IMG/VR virus record: IMGVR_UViG_3300044701_003269
Location: 64,001-128,000 of that record
Source: a virus
Strand: one strand, 5' to 3'
DNA length: 64,000 nucleotides
Shown piece by piece: positions 41,019-50,265 of the stretch; position 1 is the first letter of the stretch, and the number at the start of each line of letters is the position of its first letter. A program made the translations under genes and the position numbers. A model generated the notes under the pieces. It worked only from the letters and a program-made list of their open reading frames with translations, did not search any database and was not told the DNA's origin.

Positions 41019-41071
41019 TTTTTAAGAGGGATAACACCCTCTATTTTTATATAAACTTAATTGATAAATAC
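40992..41071 (+). repeat. 80-bp direct repeat, copy 2
   Basis: 78/80 identical to 28599..28678. Confidence 0.95.
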
Positions 41072-41087
41072 CTAAAAAGCCTCTAAG

Positions 41088-41390
41088 ATGGGAAAGTCCA
41101 GAGATACTGCAAATTTAGTTAGTCAAAATAGTATTTTTGCTGATATTGATGGTGATATTGGAATAGGAACCACAAATCCAACATCAAAACTTCAAGTTGT
41201 TGGTGATGCAACAATTAGTGGTATTGTTACTGCTACAAGTTTCTCAGGTGATGGTTCTCAATTAACAGGACTATCAAGAATATTGACAATTGGTGTGAGA
41301 ACTGGAACAGCAGTAACATTTAGTGTTACCGAATCTTCATTTAATATTTCTGGAAGAGATGGAGATATTCCAATTAATGTCAATGTATAA
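41088..41390 (+). CDS. short fiber connector protein, 100 aa
   Basis: MGKSRDTANLVS N-terminus like 21484 and 28692. Confidence 0.8.
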   Translation: MGKSRDTANLVSQNSIFADIDGDIGIGTTNPTSKLQVVGDATISGIVTATSFSGDGSQLTGLSRILTIGVRTGTAVTFSVTESSFNISGRDGDIPINVNV

Positions 41391-41420
41391 TCAATAAATA
41401 CTTTAAAGTAAAGCATTAAG

Positions 41421-42995
41421 ATGGCTAATAGATTTCCATTAATTGCAAATTCTAGTTCAAATCAAATACAAGAACTTGCTTCTGGCGATAACCTTGATTT
41501 GACTAATTCGGGAATCAATAATGTTGGTAATATTTACTCAGTTGGTGTTGTTACTGCCACAAGTTTTTATGGGGATTTGGATGGAAATGCAACTTATGCA
41601 ACAACTGCTGGTTTAAGTACAGACGCAACAAAGCTTCAAACACCAAGAACGTTTGAAATTACAGGTGATGTAGTTGCCTCTGCAATTTCCTTTGATGGTT
41701 CAGGTAACGTATCATTAGCCGCAACCATTCAACCAAATTCGGTTGGTCTTGGAACTGATACTGAGGGTGAGTATGTAACAAATATCACGGGTACAGCAAA
41801 TCAAATTGAAGTTACTGGTGGAACTGGCGAAGGTTCAACACCAACATTAAGTGTTCCAAGTCAATTCACAGCACCACAAGATGTTACGGTCACTAGAGAT
41901 TTACAAGTCAATCGTGATCTTAATGTAAATGGAAACATTACGATTGGTGGAACTGGTGCAACTCTCTTTACAACTGAGTTTAAAGTTTTTGATCCAGATA
42001 TTGTTCTGGGTTTTAGAACTGATGGTAGTGGTAATGATATCTCAACAGATAATACAGCTAATCACGGTGGTATTGCAATTGCATCCACTGAGGGAACTCC
42101 TCTGATTTCTCTTTATGATGTAGGTGTTGGTGAAACAAATCCTGCCACATATAAGAAAATTATGTGGTTTAAGTCTGGAACATTCTCTGGATTAGGTACT
42201 GATGCTTGGATAAGTAATTATGCAATTGGCATTGGAAGTACTCAAGTACCTAATGGAGTTAGACTTGCTGCTGGTTCAGTTAAATTTACTGAAAATGACT
42301 TATCCGTTGTAAGAAATATTAATGCAACTGGCGTTGTTACTGCAACATCATTTAGTGGTTCTGGATCATCATTAACTGATGTCCCGATTTCTACAGGTAT
42401 TTCTGGACTTGGTGCAAATGTAGCAACATTCTTAGCAACACCTTCATCATCAAACTTAGCATCAGCAGTTACCGGTGAGACTGGTTCTGGAGCATTAGTA
42501 TTTGCCAATACCCCAACATTAGTTACTCCCGATATCGGTGCTGCTACAGGAACTTCTTTGAGTGTTTCGGGACAACTTGTTTCAACTCAAGCAAACTCCA
42601 CAACAACTGGTGGAGGACAGATATACTTGAATGGCGCAACAGGTAACAGAATTGACTTCAATATAAATGGTGTTGCTGCTCCTGCATTTGGAACAAGAAG
42701 TGCGGGAACAAAGATAGCTTTATATCCAGGCCTTGGTGCTTCGAGTGCAGACTATGCACTAGGTATTGAAAGTAGTACATTATGGTCTTCTGTTCCCACT
42801 ACTTCACAACAATTTAAATGGTATGCAGGAACCACCAACGTTGCAACTTTAACGGGATCTGGAAACTTATCATTAACAGGAAACTTAACTTCTAGTTCCG
42901 GAACTCTAGGATCAAATGGCACTGGAAATAGAACAGTTCAAGCCGGAGGATCTCCTAGTGGAGGTTCAGATGGTGACATCTATTATATTTACTAA
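41421..42995 (+). CDS. tail-fiber-like protein, 524 aa
   Basis: Shares modules with 28692 and 33251; ends SPSGGSDGDIYYIY. Confidence 0.82.
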   Translation: MANRFPLIANSSSNQIQELASGDNLDLTNSGINNVGNIYSVGVVTATSFYGDLDGNATYATTAGLSTDATKLQTPRTFEITGDVVASAISFDGSGNVSLAATIQPNSVGLGTDTEGEYVTNITGTANQIEVTGGTGEGSTPTLSVPSQFTAPQDVTVTRDLQVNRDLNVNGNITIGGTGATLFTTEFKVFDPDIVLGFRTDGSGNDISTDNTANHGGIAIASTEGTPLISLYDVGVGETNPATYKKIMWFKSGTFSGLGTDAWISNYAIGIGSTQVPNGVRLAAGSVKFTENDLSVVRNINATGVVTATSFSGSGSSLTDVPISTGISGLGANVATFLATPSSSNLASAVTGETGSGALVFANTPTLVTPDIGAATGTSLSVSGQLVSTQANSTTTGGGQIYLNGATGNRIDFNINGVAAPAFGTRSAGTKIALYPGLGASSADYALGIESSTLWSSVPTTSQQFKWYAGTTNVATLTGSGNLSLTGNLTSSSGTLGSNGTGNRTVQAGGSPSGGSDGDIYYIY

Positions 42996-43006
42996 GGAGA
43001 TAAAAA

Positions 43007-43675
43007 ATGTCTTGGATTCCCACTAATTTACCCGAACCAACAAAGGAATATAATAATTTACAATCAAGTAAAAGATATTTGGTTGATGAAGAAATTGAAA
43101 AAAAACATCCAGGTTGGAAATATGACAATGGAGCTCTAGTTTGTGATGAATATCTTTTCAAAAATAATGGATGGCAACTAATAGTTGATAACTATCCAAC
43201 AGATTCTTCTGGAAAAATAGTTGTAAGAAATCCATCAAATCTTTGGATTAATAGTTCTGAAAATAATACTGTAGAAGTAACTTATAAAATTTATACTATA
43301 CTTGATGATGAATCTGTTGATTCGGATAATTTAAAAACCAAAACTTTAAAAAATCAATTAGATTGGTCATATAATGAAGAAGATTTGACGGTAACAAAAA
43401 CTTATGAAATTACTTATTATACTGATGAAGAACTTAATCAAAAAAAACTTTTTGATCTAAGAACAGCCAGAAATATTATTTTGGGCAGAACTGATTATAT
43501 GATTACACTTGGATATGAAAAAAATAAGACAATATCCCAAAAAATGAAAGATTACAGACAAGGACTGAGAGATATTACTGAAACAATAGATTTGAGTAAG
43601 GTTACTTTTTCTGATATTAGATCAGAAAAATGTTTCCCAGCACATCCACCATTGGAGGAAATATATGACGCTTAA
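43007..43675 (+). CDS. tail fiber assembly chaperone-like protein, 222 aa
   Basis: C-terminal LRTARNIILGRTDY..YRQGLRDIT..FP motif. Confidence 0.7.
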   Translation: MSWIPTNLPEPTKEYNNLQSSKRYLVDEEIEKKHPGWKYDNGALVCDEYLFKNNGWQLIVDNYPTDSSGKIVVRNPSNLWINSSENNTVEVTYKIYTILDDESVDSDNLKTKTLKNQLDWSYNEEDLTVTKTYEITYYTDEELNQKKLFDLRTARNIILGRTDYMITLGYEKNKTISQKMKDYRQGLRDITETIDLSKVTFSDIRSEKCFPAHPPLEEIYDA

Positions 43676-44723
43676 TGTTAGGAGTTCTTCGGTTTGGAGA
43701 GGAATTGCAGATGTATATGTAAAAGTTTCTGGAGTTTGGAGGACTATTCAGCAAGGATGGATTAAACAATCTGGAGTATGGAGAAATTTTTATGTTGCAG
43801 CTGAACCTGCAGAATATGTAATTTTTGGTGGAGATAGTGCTCCCACTACTGGAACTCTCACAGATCTTTCCGGATACACAACTATAAAAATTGGAGGGGT
43901 TGCTGCAGGAGGAAATGGAACTCCAAATCATCCGGGAGGATGTTGCCCCGGAACAGGAGCTGGGGGTGGAGGGGCCGCGAATATTAGAGGTAATAGTTTT
44001 CCTGTTCCAGGAAACTCTATTTCTAGTATCTATTATGAAGTAGGTGGTACAGGAACATCCGGAGATACTTATGTTAAAATAAACGGACCAAGTGGAACTG
44101 ATTTAATTAGATTTGTGGCAGGATCTCCTAATCCCAACCAAACTGCAGGTGCTGGAGGACCAAGTGCTGGAGGTGGTCCAAATTGCATAGCAGGTTCACC
44201 AGGAGCTCCTGGAGCAGATAGATATGGTAACGGTCCGGCAGCAGGCCCTAGTTCTGATGGAGGAACTGCAGGTGGAGGAGGTTCTGGTGGAGCAGTTGAT
44301 AATTTTAGACCAGGAACTACTGGAGGTTCAGGAGGATCAAGTAGTTTTTCATTTTCAGCACCTACATTAATGACCACAATCGGAACTGGTCCTGCGCCAA
44401 CAACTTGGTCAATAGGACCAGGTGGGCCACATGCTGGTGGTGGAGGTGGTTATGGTTCTACATCAAACACCACTAACGGAACAAATGCTGGTAGCGTTTT
44501 ATGGGCTGAAGGTGGTGGTGGATCTGGTGTGTATGCACCACCAGGTAGCGGTAATCCTGGATCAGGAGGTGCAGGTGCGGGTATTAGGTGGAATGATCCT
44601 TCAAACCCCACAAACAATGGAAAGTTTTTTGGTGGAGGAGGAGGTGGATTGGGTTCTTCAGTTAACCCACAAAATGGAAAAGGAGGAAAAGGATTCTTAA
44701 TTATTCAATTACTAACTTCATAA
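43665..44723 (+). CDS. glycine-rich tip/adhesin, 352 aa
   Basis: Three K..GVWR-like N-terminal repeats; polyglycine motifs. Confidence 0.8.
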   Translation: MTLNVRSSSVWRGIADVYVKVSGVWRTIQQGWIKQSGVWRNFYVAAEPAEYVIFGGDSAPTTGTLTDLSGYTTIKIGGVAAGGNGTPNHPGGCCPGTGAGGGGAANIRGNSFPVPGNSISSIYYEVGGTGTSGDTYVKINGPSGTDLIRFVAGSPNPNQTAGAGGPSAGGGPNCIAGSPGAPGADRYGNGPAAGPSSDGGTAGGGGSGGAVDNFRPGTTGGSGGSSSFSFSAPTLMTTIGTGPAPTTWSIGPGGPHAGGGGGYGSTSNTTNGTNAGSVLWAEGGGGSGVYAPPGSGNPGSGGAGAGIRWNDPSNPTNNGKFFGGGGGGLGSSVNPQNGKGGKGFLIIQLLTS

Positions 44724-44733
44724 TAATATTAAT

Positions 44734-45255
44734 ATGATAACTGAAATTTATACTGGTTCTGAGGCTATTTCTATAGCAGATAGAAATACTCTTGAAGATA
44801 TTTTTACATCTGATCTATTTCCTTGGTATTATAACCCAACCACCATAGGGGATAATAAAATTAATAGATCTCAATTTACTCATAGAATATATCTAGATGA
44901 TACTGTTTGTTCTGATCATTATTCTCTAATACATGATATTTTTTCTCGAAAAATACCCGAGTTTGAGACACATAAATTGACTAGAATTAAAGCAAATTTA
45001 AATATAGCTCATTCAAATAGAAGGACACTTCCTCCCCATAGAGATTTGGATGGGAAAGAAGGCGTAATTTACATTTATTATGTAAATGATTCTGATGGAT
45101 CAACTATTTTGTATGATGAGAGAAAAAAAATTAAAGTATATCCAAAAAAAGGCAAACTTATTAGATTTCCTGCTACTACATGGCATACAGGAAATGTTCC
45201 AAGAAAAAATGATAGAAGAATAGTTATTAATTTTGTATTTGAACCTTTAACATAG
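44734..45255 (+). CDS. 2OG-Fe(II) oxygenase
   Basis: PHRD..YYVNDSDG..WHTG..RIVINF. Confidence 0.85.
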   Translation: MITEIYTGSEAISIADRNTLEDIFTSDLFPWYYNPTTIGDNKINRSQFTHRIYLDDTVCSDHYSLIHDIFSRKIPEFETHKLTRIKANLNIAHSNRRTLPPHRDLDGKEGVIYIYYVNDSDGSTILYDERKKIKVYPKKGKLIRFPATTWHTGNVPRKNDRRIVINFVFEPLT

Positions 45256-45847
45256 AATCTCCAACTCCAAATTCTCCTACAGGGAATAAGTTAAAAGCAA
45301 TAGATATTCTTTCTGGATCTTTATAGTTAGTGCATATTCTATGTTGCAGATAACTTGGAAAAATTATCAGATGATTTTTTCTTGGATAAATTGGCCATAT
45401 TCTAGAATTATGAATATTCCATTCAACTGGATCTTCCAACATAAATCTTTGAGCATTTGGTCCATAACCAAATTGTAGAGGGGTATTCATATTGTCAAAG
45501 TAAAAAACCCCACTATACATTGAATTGCAGTGATTATGATATTGTCCAAAAGATCCTCTTAATGATTTCGTAGCCCATGAGGTTGTAATTTCAAAAGTAG
45601 AGTGATATTGTTTTAGAATGTTGTCTTTGTAATGGGTATTGAAATAATCTAGAAATATTTTTTTCTCTTTGGTAAATTTTTTAAAAATATATCTATTTAA
45701 TGAAATTTGTTGATTATATGCTAACTCAGAGGTTATTGGCTTGAACTCTAGATTTTTAACTTGTTCTTTAAACTCTGTAAAATCTTCTTCTACTTCTATA
45801 TCGAGAACTGTTGATGGGAAAAGAGGATAAATTTCATGAGATGTCAT
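45227..45847 (-). CDS. putative 2OG-Fe(II) oxygenase (HxH type)
   Basis: HNH..SGVFY..IFPSYLQH..RISIAFN. Confidence 0.85.
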   Translation of the reverse strand: MTSHEIYPLFPSTVLDIEVEEDFTEFKEQVKNLEFKPITSELAYNQQISLNRYIFKKFTKEKKIFLDYFNTHYKDNILKQYHSTFEITTSWATKSLRGSFGQYHNHCNSMYSGVFYFDNMNTPLQFGYGPNAQRFMLEDPVEWNIHNSRIWPIYPRKNHLIIFPSYLQHRICTNYKDPERISIAFNLFPVGEFGVGDSMLKVQIQN

Positions 45848-45882
45848 ATTATTAGATCAATTTAATCCAATTATAACATAAA

Positions 45883-45912
45883 TTGACATTACTTATCAAC
45901 ATCATATATAAT
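45883..45912 (+). promoter_or_regulatory. sigma70-type promoter
   Basis: TTGACA-N18-TATAAT. Confidence 0.65.
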
Positions 45913-45935
45913 AACACTGAATACATTATTCAAAT

Positions 45936-46571
45936 ATGGCATTTCAATCAATTTGGTACTTTACAAACCTACCAGACAAGATCGTAGATATTATTGAAGA
46001 AGATCTTGCAGAAAACTTTGACCCACAACTCCAAGATTCCAGAGTTGGTGCTGGTGATTATGGAACTGTAGATAAAGATAAAAGAAACGCAAAAAACGCC
46101 TGGGTTCCCACAAATCACTGGGTTGCAGGCTTTGTGTGGCATTATGTTCAACGAGCAAACCGTGAGAACTTTTTATATGACCTGACAAATATTGATGGTG
46201 AATCACTTCAATATACTGTGTATGGGGAAGGTGAGTATTATGGTTGGCATAATGATGCTGGACTTGCTTCTCACTACAAACCAGTTTCTGCAGGTAATCG
46301 TGGAACTGGTGAAGAAATTGCTTCAGATTTCATTAATGAAAACTGTGAGAAAGTAAGAAAGTTGTCTTTCAGTTTGCTTCTTTCTGACCCAGAAACTTAT
46401 GAAGGTGGAAACTTACAACTTCTTTCGGAGAATGGGAAATCTTATATTGCCCCAAGGCAAAGAGGAACGATTATTCTCTTTGATTCTCGTACACAACACC
46501 GAGTTCAGAAAGTAACTAAAGGTGTTCGTAAGAGTTTGGTTGGTTGGACTGTTGGACCTCGTTGGAAGTGA
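45936..46571 (+). CDS. 2OG-Fe(II) oxygenase, prolyl-4-hydroxylase/PKHD-like
   Basis: YGWHND..RKLS..YEGG..HRV..RKSLVGW. Confidence 0.9.
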   Translation: MAFQSIWYFTNLPDKIVDIIEEDLAENFDPQLQDSRVGAGDYGTVDKDKRNAKNAWVPTNHWVAGFVWHYVQRANRENFLYDLTNIDGESLQYTVYGEGEYYGWHNDAGLASHYKPVSAGNRGTGEEIASDFINENCEKVRKLSFSLLLSDPETYEGGNLQLLSENGKSYIAPRQRGTIILFDSRTQHRVQKVTKGVRKSLVGWTVGPRWK

Positions 46572-46574
46572 GTT

Positions 46575-47294
46575 ATGGCAGAAGAAATGACACAAGAACA
46601 GATTGACTGGCAAGAAAAAGTCAATTCTGGTACATCACCAACAAATAACGAAGAGTTTGATAAGAACGGATATCTGGTTCTAAGAAATCTTTGGGATCCG
46701 AAAGATCTTTATTCAGACCCACCAGTAATCAAAGGACAATACAATTACTTTGGAAAGGTTGATAAGTTCAATCACATCCCAGTAGAAAATCAAGTAGAAG
46801 GTTCAACTTCAAGGTATTATTGGCCTCCTTATAAGTTTGCTCATTCTCAAATTCGTCTCAAACTTGAGGAAGCAATTGGTAAGAAACTTTATAATACTTA
46901 CTATTACGATAGGTTTTATAATCCAGGACAAGCACTGACAAATCACGCAGACAGACCAGCTTGTGAGATTTCAGTAACAGTTCATATTGGTTCTAATATC
47001 AGTACTCCTTGGCCTATTTGGATTAAGACACCAGATACTTATGATGATGCCAAAAAGAGAACTTTGGTTATAAAAAAAGGTGAAAATCGTTCAGTGATCT
47101 TAAATCCTGGTGATGGTATGATTTACAAAGGGTGTGAGAGACCACACTGGAGAGATCCAATGCCAACTGAGTATCGTAGAACTTGGTATGGTAAGAAGGT
47201 GGAAAAAGAAGGTTTATATTATCATCAAGTCTTTTTCCATTATGTTCTTGCTGATGGTACAAGAGCCCATTGTGCTAATGATATGGCATCATAA
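46575..47294 (+). CDS. 2OG-Fe(II) oxygenase-like protein
   Basis: HADRPACEISVT..GDGMIYKG..HWR..QVFFHYV. Confidence 0.8.
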   Translation: MAEEMTQEQIDWQEKVNSGTSPTNNEEFDKNGYLVLRNLWDPKDLYSDPPVIKGQYNYFGKVDKFNHIPVENQVEGSTSRYYWPPYKFAHSQIRLKLEEAIGKKLYNTYYYDRFYNPGQALTNHADRPACEISVTVHIGSNISTPWPIWIKTPDTYDDAKKRTLVIKKGENRSVILNPGDGMIYKGCERPHWRDPMPTEYRRTWYGKKVEKEGLYYHQVFFHYVLADGTRAHCANDMAS

Positions 47295-47309
47295 AGTGAC
47301 TAAAGTTTT

Positions 47310-47447
47310 GTGAATGAAAACATTACTGATATTTTGATTGAAGCAATTGAGGATCAGCAAGAGCAAATAAATAGTCTCAAGGAAGAAAATCAATCTTTAA
47401 AAAATAAACTTTATTATGAATTTTGTAAAACTTGCATTGGAAAGTAA
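47310..47447 (+). pseudogene. remnant of the C-terminal coiled coil of an S74-type tail fiber gene
   Basis: VNENITDILIEAIEDQQEQINSLK resembles VRYEKLVALLIEAVKDQQKQIDELK of the 21484 protein. Confidence 0.55.
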
Positions 47448-48390
47448 AGGCAGCATAAAGCCTTTACTTATTAACCCAGAAGATCTTACAGGACCATCAA
47501 TTACAAATCCTTCTGTCTTTGTTTATCAAAATAAGATATTAGTCAATCTTCGCAATGTAAATTACACTTTATATCACTCAGAACTCAATAGATTTGAGCA
47601 TATGTGGGGTCCGTTGTCCTACATTCACCCTGAGAATGATATGCACCTGCGAACGACTAACTACATCGCAGAACTTGATGACAACTTGGATATAGTTCAT
47701 TATTCAAAGATAGATACATCTAAGTTTGATACTTACAAACCACAATGGGACTTTGTGGGACTGGAAGATGTTCGTTTAGTAGAATGGAACGATAAGTTAT
47801 ATGGTATTGGTGTTCGCAGAGATTTAGACACCAAAGGAACTGGAAGAATGGAAATCAGTGAACTTGAGATTTCTGGTTCTGAAGTTAAGGAAGTGTTCCG
47901 ATATAGAATTCCAGGACCACCACCTGATAACGAGTACTGTATGAAGAACTGTACTCCAATCTTAGATAAACCATTTCATCTTTTAAAGTGGACCAATCCA
48001 ACTTGTTTGATGAAGTTTGATATTACTGGAAAAGAAACAGGGGTATTTGAAACAAATTCATATGCACCTACAAATAATGATTTGAGAGGTGGTTCTCAGG
48101 TCATTCCTTATAAAGGTGGTTACTTGTCAATTTTACACGAAACAGACCTTTATAAGAGTGAACAAGGAAGAAAAAACGCAACTTATAGACACCGTTTTGT
48201 GATTTGGAATAAAGATTTTCAAATTATTAAAGTATCCAAACTCTTCTCATTTATGAATATGAAGATTGAGTTTTGTTGTGGTATGGCAGAGTATAAGAAT
48301 GATTATCTCATTACCTTTGGAGCTCAAGATAATGCTGGGTATATTCTAAAAGTTTCTAAGAGTGTAGTGGAGGACTTTATCAATGAGTGA
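47416..48390 (+). CDS. five-bladed beta-propeller glycosidase-like protein (GH130/GH43-like)
   Basis: NPSV, GLEDVRL, KNCTP, LRGGS, IEFCCG, ITFG.QD motifs. Confidence 0.65.
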   Translation: MNFVKLALESKGSIKPLLINPEDLTGPSITNPSVFVYQNKILVNLRNVNYTLYHSELNRFEHMWGPLSYIHPENDMHLRTTNYIAELDDNLDIVHYSKIDTSKFDTYKPQWDFVGLEDVRLVEWNDKLYGIGVRRDLDTKGTGRMEISELEISGSEVKEVFRYRIPGPPPDNEYCMKNCTPILDKPFHLLKWTNPTCLMKFDITGKETGVFETNSYAPTNNDLRGGSQVIPYKGGYLSILHETDLYKSEQGRKNATYRHRFVIWNKDFQIIKVSKLFSFMNMKIEFCCGMAEYKNDYLITFGAQDNAGYILKVSKSVVEDFINE

Positions 48391-49621
48391 ACTAATTCAA
48401 TTTTCTTTAGATACAGAAAATGCAGAGAAGAATTATAATCTTGCCAAATGGTATGAAAATCAGGGACATACTGCACCTGCACTTACATACTATTTGAGAG
48501 CATCTGAAAGGACAGAAGATAAAACATTTGCATATAAGTGTCTAATAAAAGGATATTATTGTTATAATTCTCAAAAATCAAGGGATAATTCTGAAAAAAT
48601 ATTCCTTCAAAATGCAATTTCCCTTCTACCAAAAAGACCTGAGGCATATTTTCTAATTTCTCAATTTTATGAGAGACAAAAGAATTGGCAAGAATCTTAC
48701 ATCTATGCATCATTAGGATTAGAATGTTGTGATTTAGATTTAGAACCATTGGAAGAGAGTAATTATCCAGGAAAGTATGGCCTAATCTTTCAAAAAGCAG
48801 TGTGTGGATATTGGTGGGGTAAGGGACAAGAGGCAAGAATTCTTTTCCAAGATTTGATTGATAATTATCAAATGGAAAAACAGTATTATGACCTTGTAGT
48901 ATCTAATATCACTAAACTTGGTTCAGGTCCGAAAGAAATTGTATTCCGACAATATACTAAAGAAAATTTAGATAAACTCAGATTTAAATTTGATGGTTGC
49001 GAAAACATAAAAGAAAATTATTCACAAGTGTACCAAGATATGTTTACTCTTTTTATGCACGATGGAAAGAGAAATGGAACATACCTTGAAGTAGGAAGTG
49101 GAGACCCATTCTGGCTAAACAATACTTACTTACTTGAGTCACAATTTAACTGGAAAGGAGTTGGTATTGAGTATAACCAATCTCTATGTGAAAAATATAC
49201 CAAAAATCGTAAAAATCCAGTTATTTGTAAAGATGCTCACCAAGTTAATTTTAGAGAACTTCTGAACTCTTCTTTTGGCACTAAAGAAATTGATTACCTA
49301 CAACTTGATTGCGAACCATCAGAATCAACTTATAGAATACTGACATCATTACCCTTAGATGAATATAAGTTTGCTGTGATTACATACGAACACGATTATT
49401 ATGTTGATGTCTCAAGGACATATAGAGATAAATCAAGGGAGTATTTGAAGTCCAAAGGATATAAACTTGTGGTTTCAAATGTTTCACCAACAACTTGGAG
49501 TTCTTTTGAAGACTGGTGGGTTCATCCGGATTTAATTTCCAAGAAAAGAATTAAACAAATTAAAAACAAAGACAAATCTGTTAAAAAAATAGACGATTAT
49601 ATGCTTAGTGGACAGTCATAA
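48383..49621 (+). CDS. TPR plus FkbM-like SAM methyltransferase
   Basis: TPR-like N-terminal half; YSQ..QD, YLEVGSG, NNTYLLE, IDYLQLDCE, EDWW. Confidence 0.75.
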   Translation: MSELIQFSLDTENAEKNYNLAKWYENQGHTAPALTYYLRASERTEDKTFAYKCLIKGYYCYNSQKSRDNSEKIFLQNAISLLPKRPEAYFLISQFYERQKNWQESYIYASLGLECCDLDLEPLEESNYPGKYGLIFQKAVCGYWWGKGQEARILFQDLIDNYQMEKQYYDLVVSNITKLGSGPKEIVFRQYTKENLDKLRFKFDGCENIKENYSQVYQDMFTLFMHDGKRNGTYLEVGSGDPFWLNNTYLLESQFNWKGVGIEYNQSLCEKYTKNRKNPVICKDAHQVNFRELLNSSFGTKEIDYLQLDCEPSESTYRILTSLPLDEYKFAVITYEHDYYVDVSRTYRDKSREYLKSKGYKLVVSNVSPTTWSSFEDWWVHPDLISKKRIKQIKNKDKSVKKIDDYMLSGQS

Positions 49622-49666
49622 AACTGTCACACCCTACCCCTGAAAGACCTTCAGGGGTTTTATAGT
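49611..49666 (+). promoter_or_regulatory. early promoter element: palindrome + hairpin + -10 box
   Basis: GACAGT-N6-ACTGTCAC, hairpin 49636-49658, TATAGT. Confidence 0.75.
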
Positions 49667-49688
49667 AGCCACAGTTCACCAGATACCA

Positions 49689-49793
49689 ATGAGGTATTCC
49701 AACCTAGACCGACTGATTTTTGTTGGTAGTTTTATTTGGGTCGCACACTGGGCGACAAAAGTATCTGAAGTCGTCCTTAAGTCTTTGTTCTGA
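49689..49793 (+). CDS. small membrane protein, 34 aa
   Basis: MRYSNLDRLIFVGSFIW..; TGATG coupling to the next gene. Confidence 0.55.
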   Translation: MRYSNLDRLIFVGSFIWVAHWATKVSEVVLKSLF

Positions 49794-50221
49794 TGTATTC
49801 CCTTGATATTACGGGATATAATGCCCGTAAGAGACGTGTAGAAGACACTGTGGCTTGGTTTCTTGGGAAATACTTACCACGTCATCACATTCACGTTGAA
49901 GTGCTACATAGAGGTCTTCGTAGGGAAGAATCTTATGGGTATTGTTCTGTCTCTGGAGACATTTACAGACCCCGTGAGTTTCTGATTGAAATTGACCCTA
50001 AACTTGACCTTGAGCTTTATACAAAGACAATCATACACGAGTTAATTCATCTTCGTCAATGGGTTCAAGGAACTCTGAAAGAACGTAGAGGAAAGATGTA
50101 TTACAAGGACATTAATTGTGATGACTTAGATTACTGGGAACAACCACACGAAGTAGAAGCTCACTCACTCGAACAGATGTATTACGAAGACTACTTGACG
50201 GATACCCATAAGAGTGTGTAG
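49793..50221 (+). CDS. zincin-like metallopeptidase domain protein
   Basis: HELIH (HExxH), P.E.EA. Confidence 0.75.
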   Translation: MYSLDITGYNARKRRVEDTVAWFLGKYLPRHHIHVEVLHRGLRREESYGYCSVSGDIYRPREFLIEIDPKLDLELYTKTIIHELIHLRQWVQGTLKERRGKMYYKDINCDDLDYWEQPHEVEAHSLEQMYYEDYLTDTHKSV

Positions 50222-50265
50222 AATACCTTTGTCGAGGTTGATAAAAATATAGGCTCATAAAGCTC

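Noticed and set aside
16613-44377. Many minus-strand Pro-rich or TLS-repeat ORFs (e.g. 23250..23744, 16613..17020)
   Set aside because: Shadow frames of polyglycine and collagen codons; no RBS or promoter
21484-44723. Invertase-driven tail-fiber shufflon
   Set aside because: All cassettes are co-oriented and have their own promoters; no inverted crossover sites or recombinase seen
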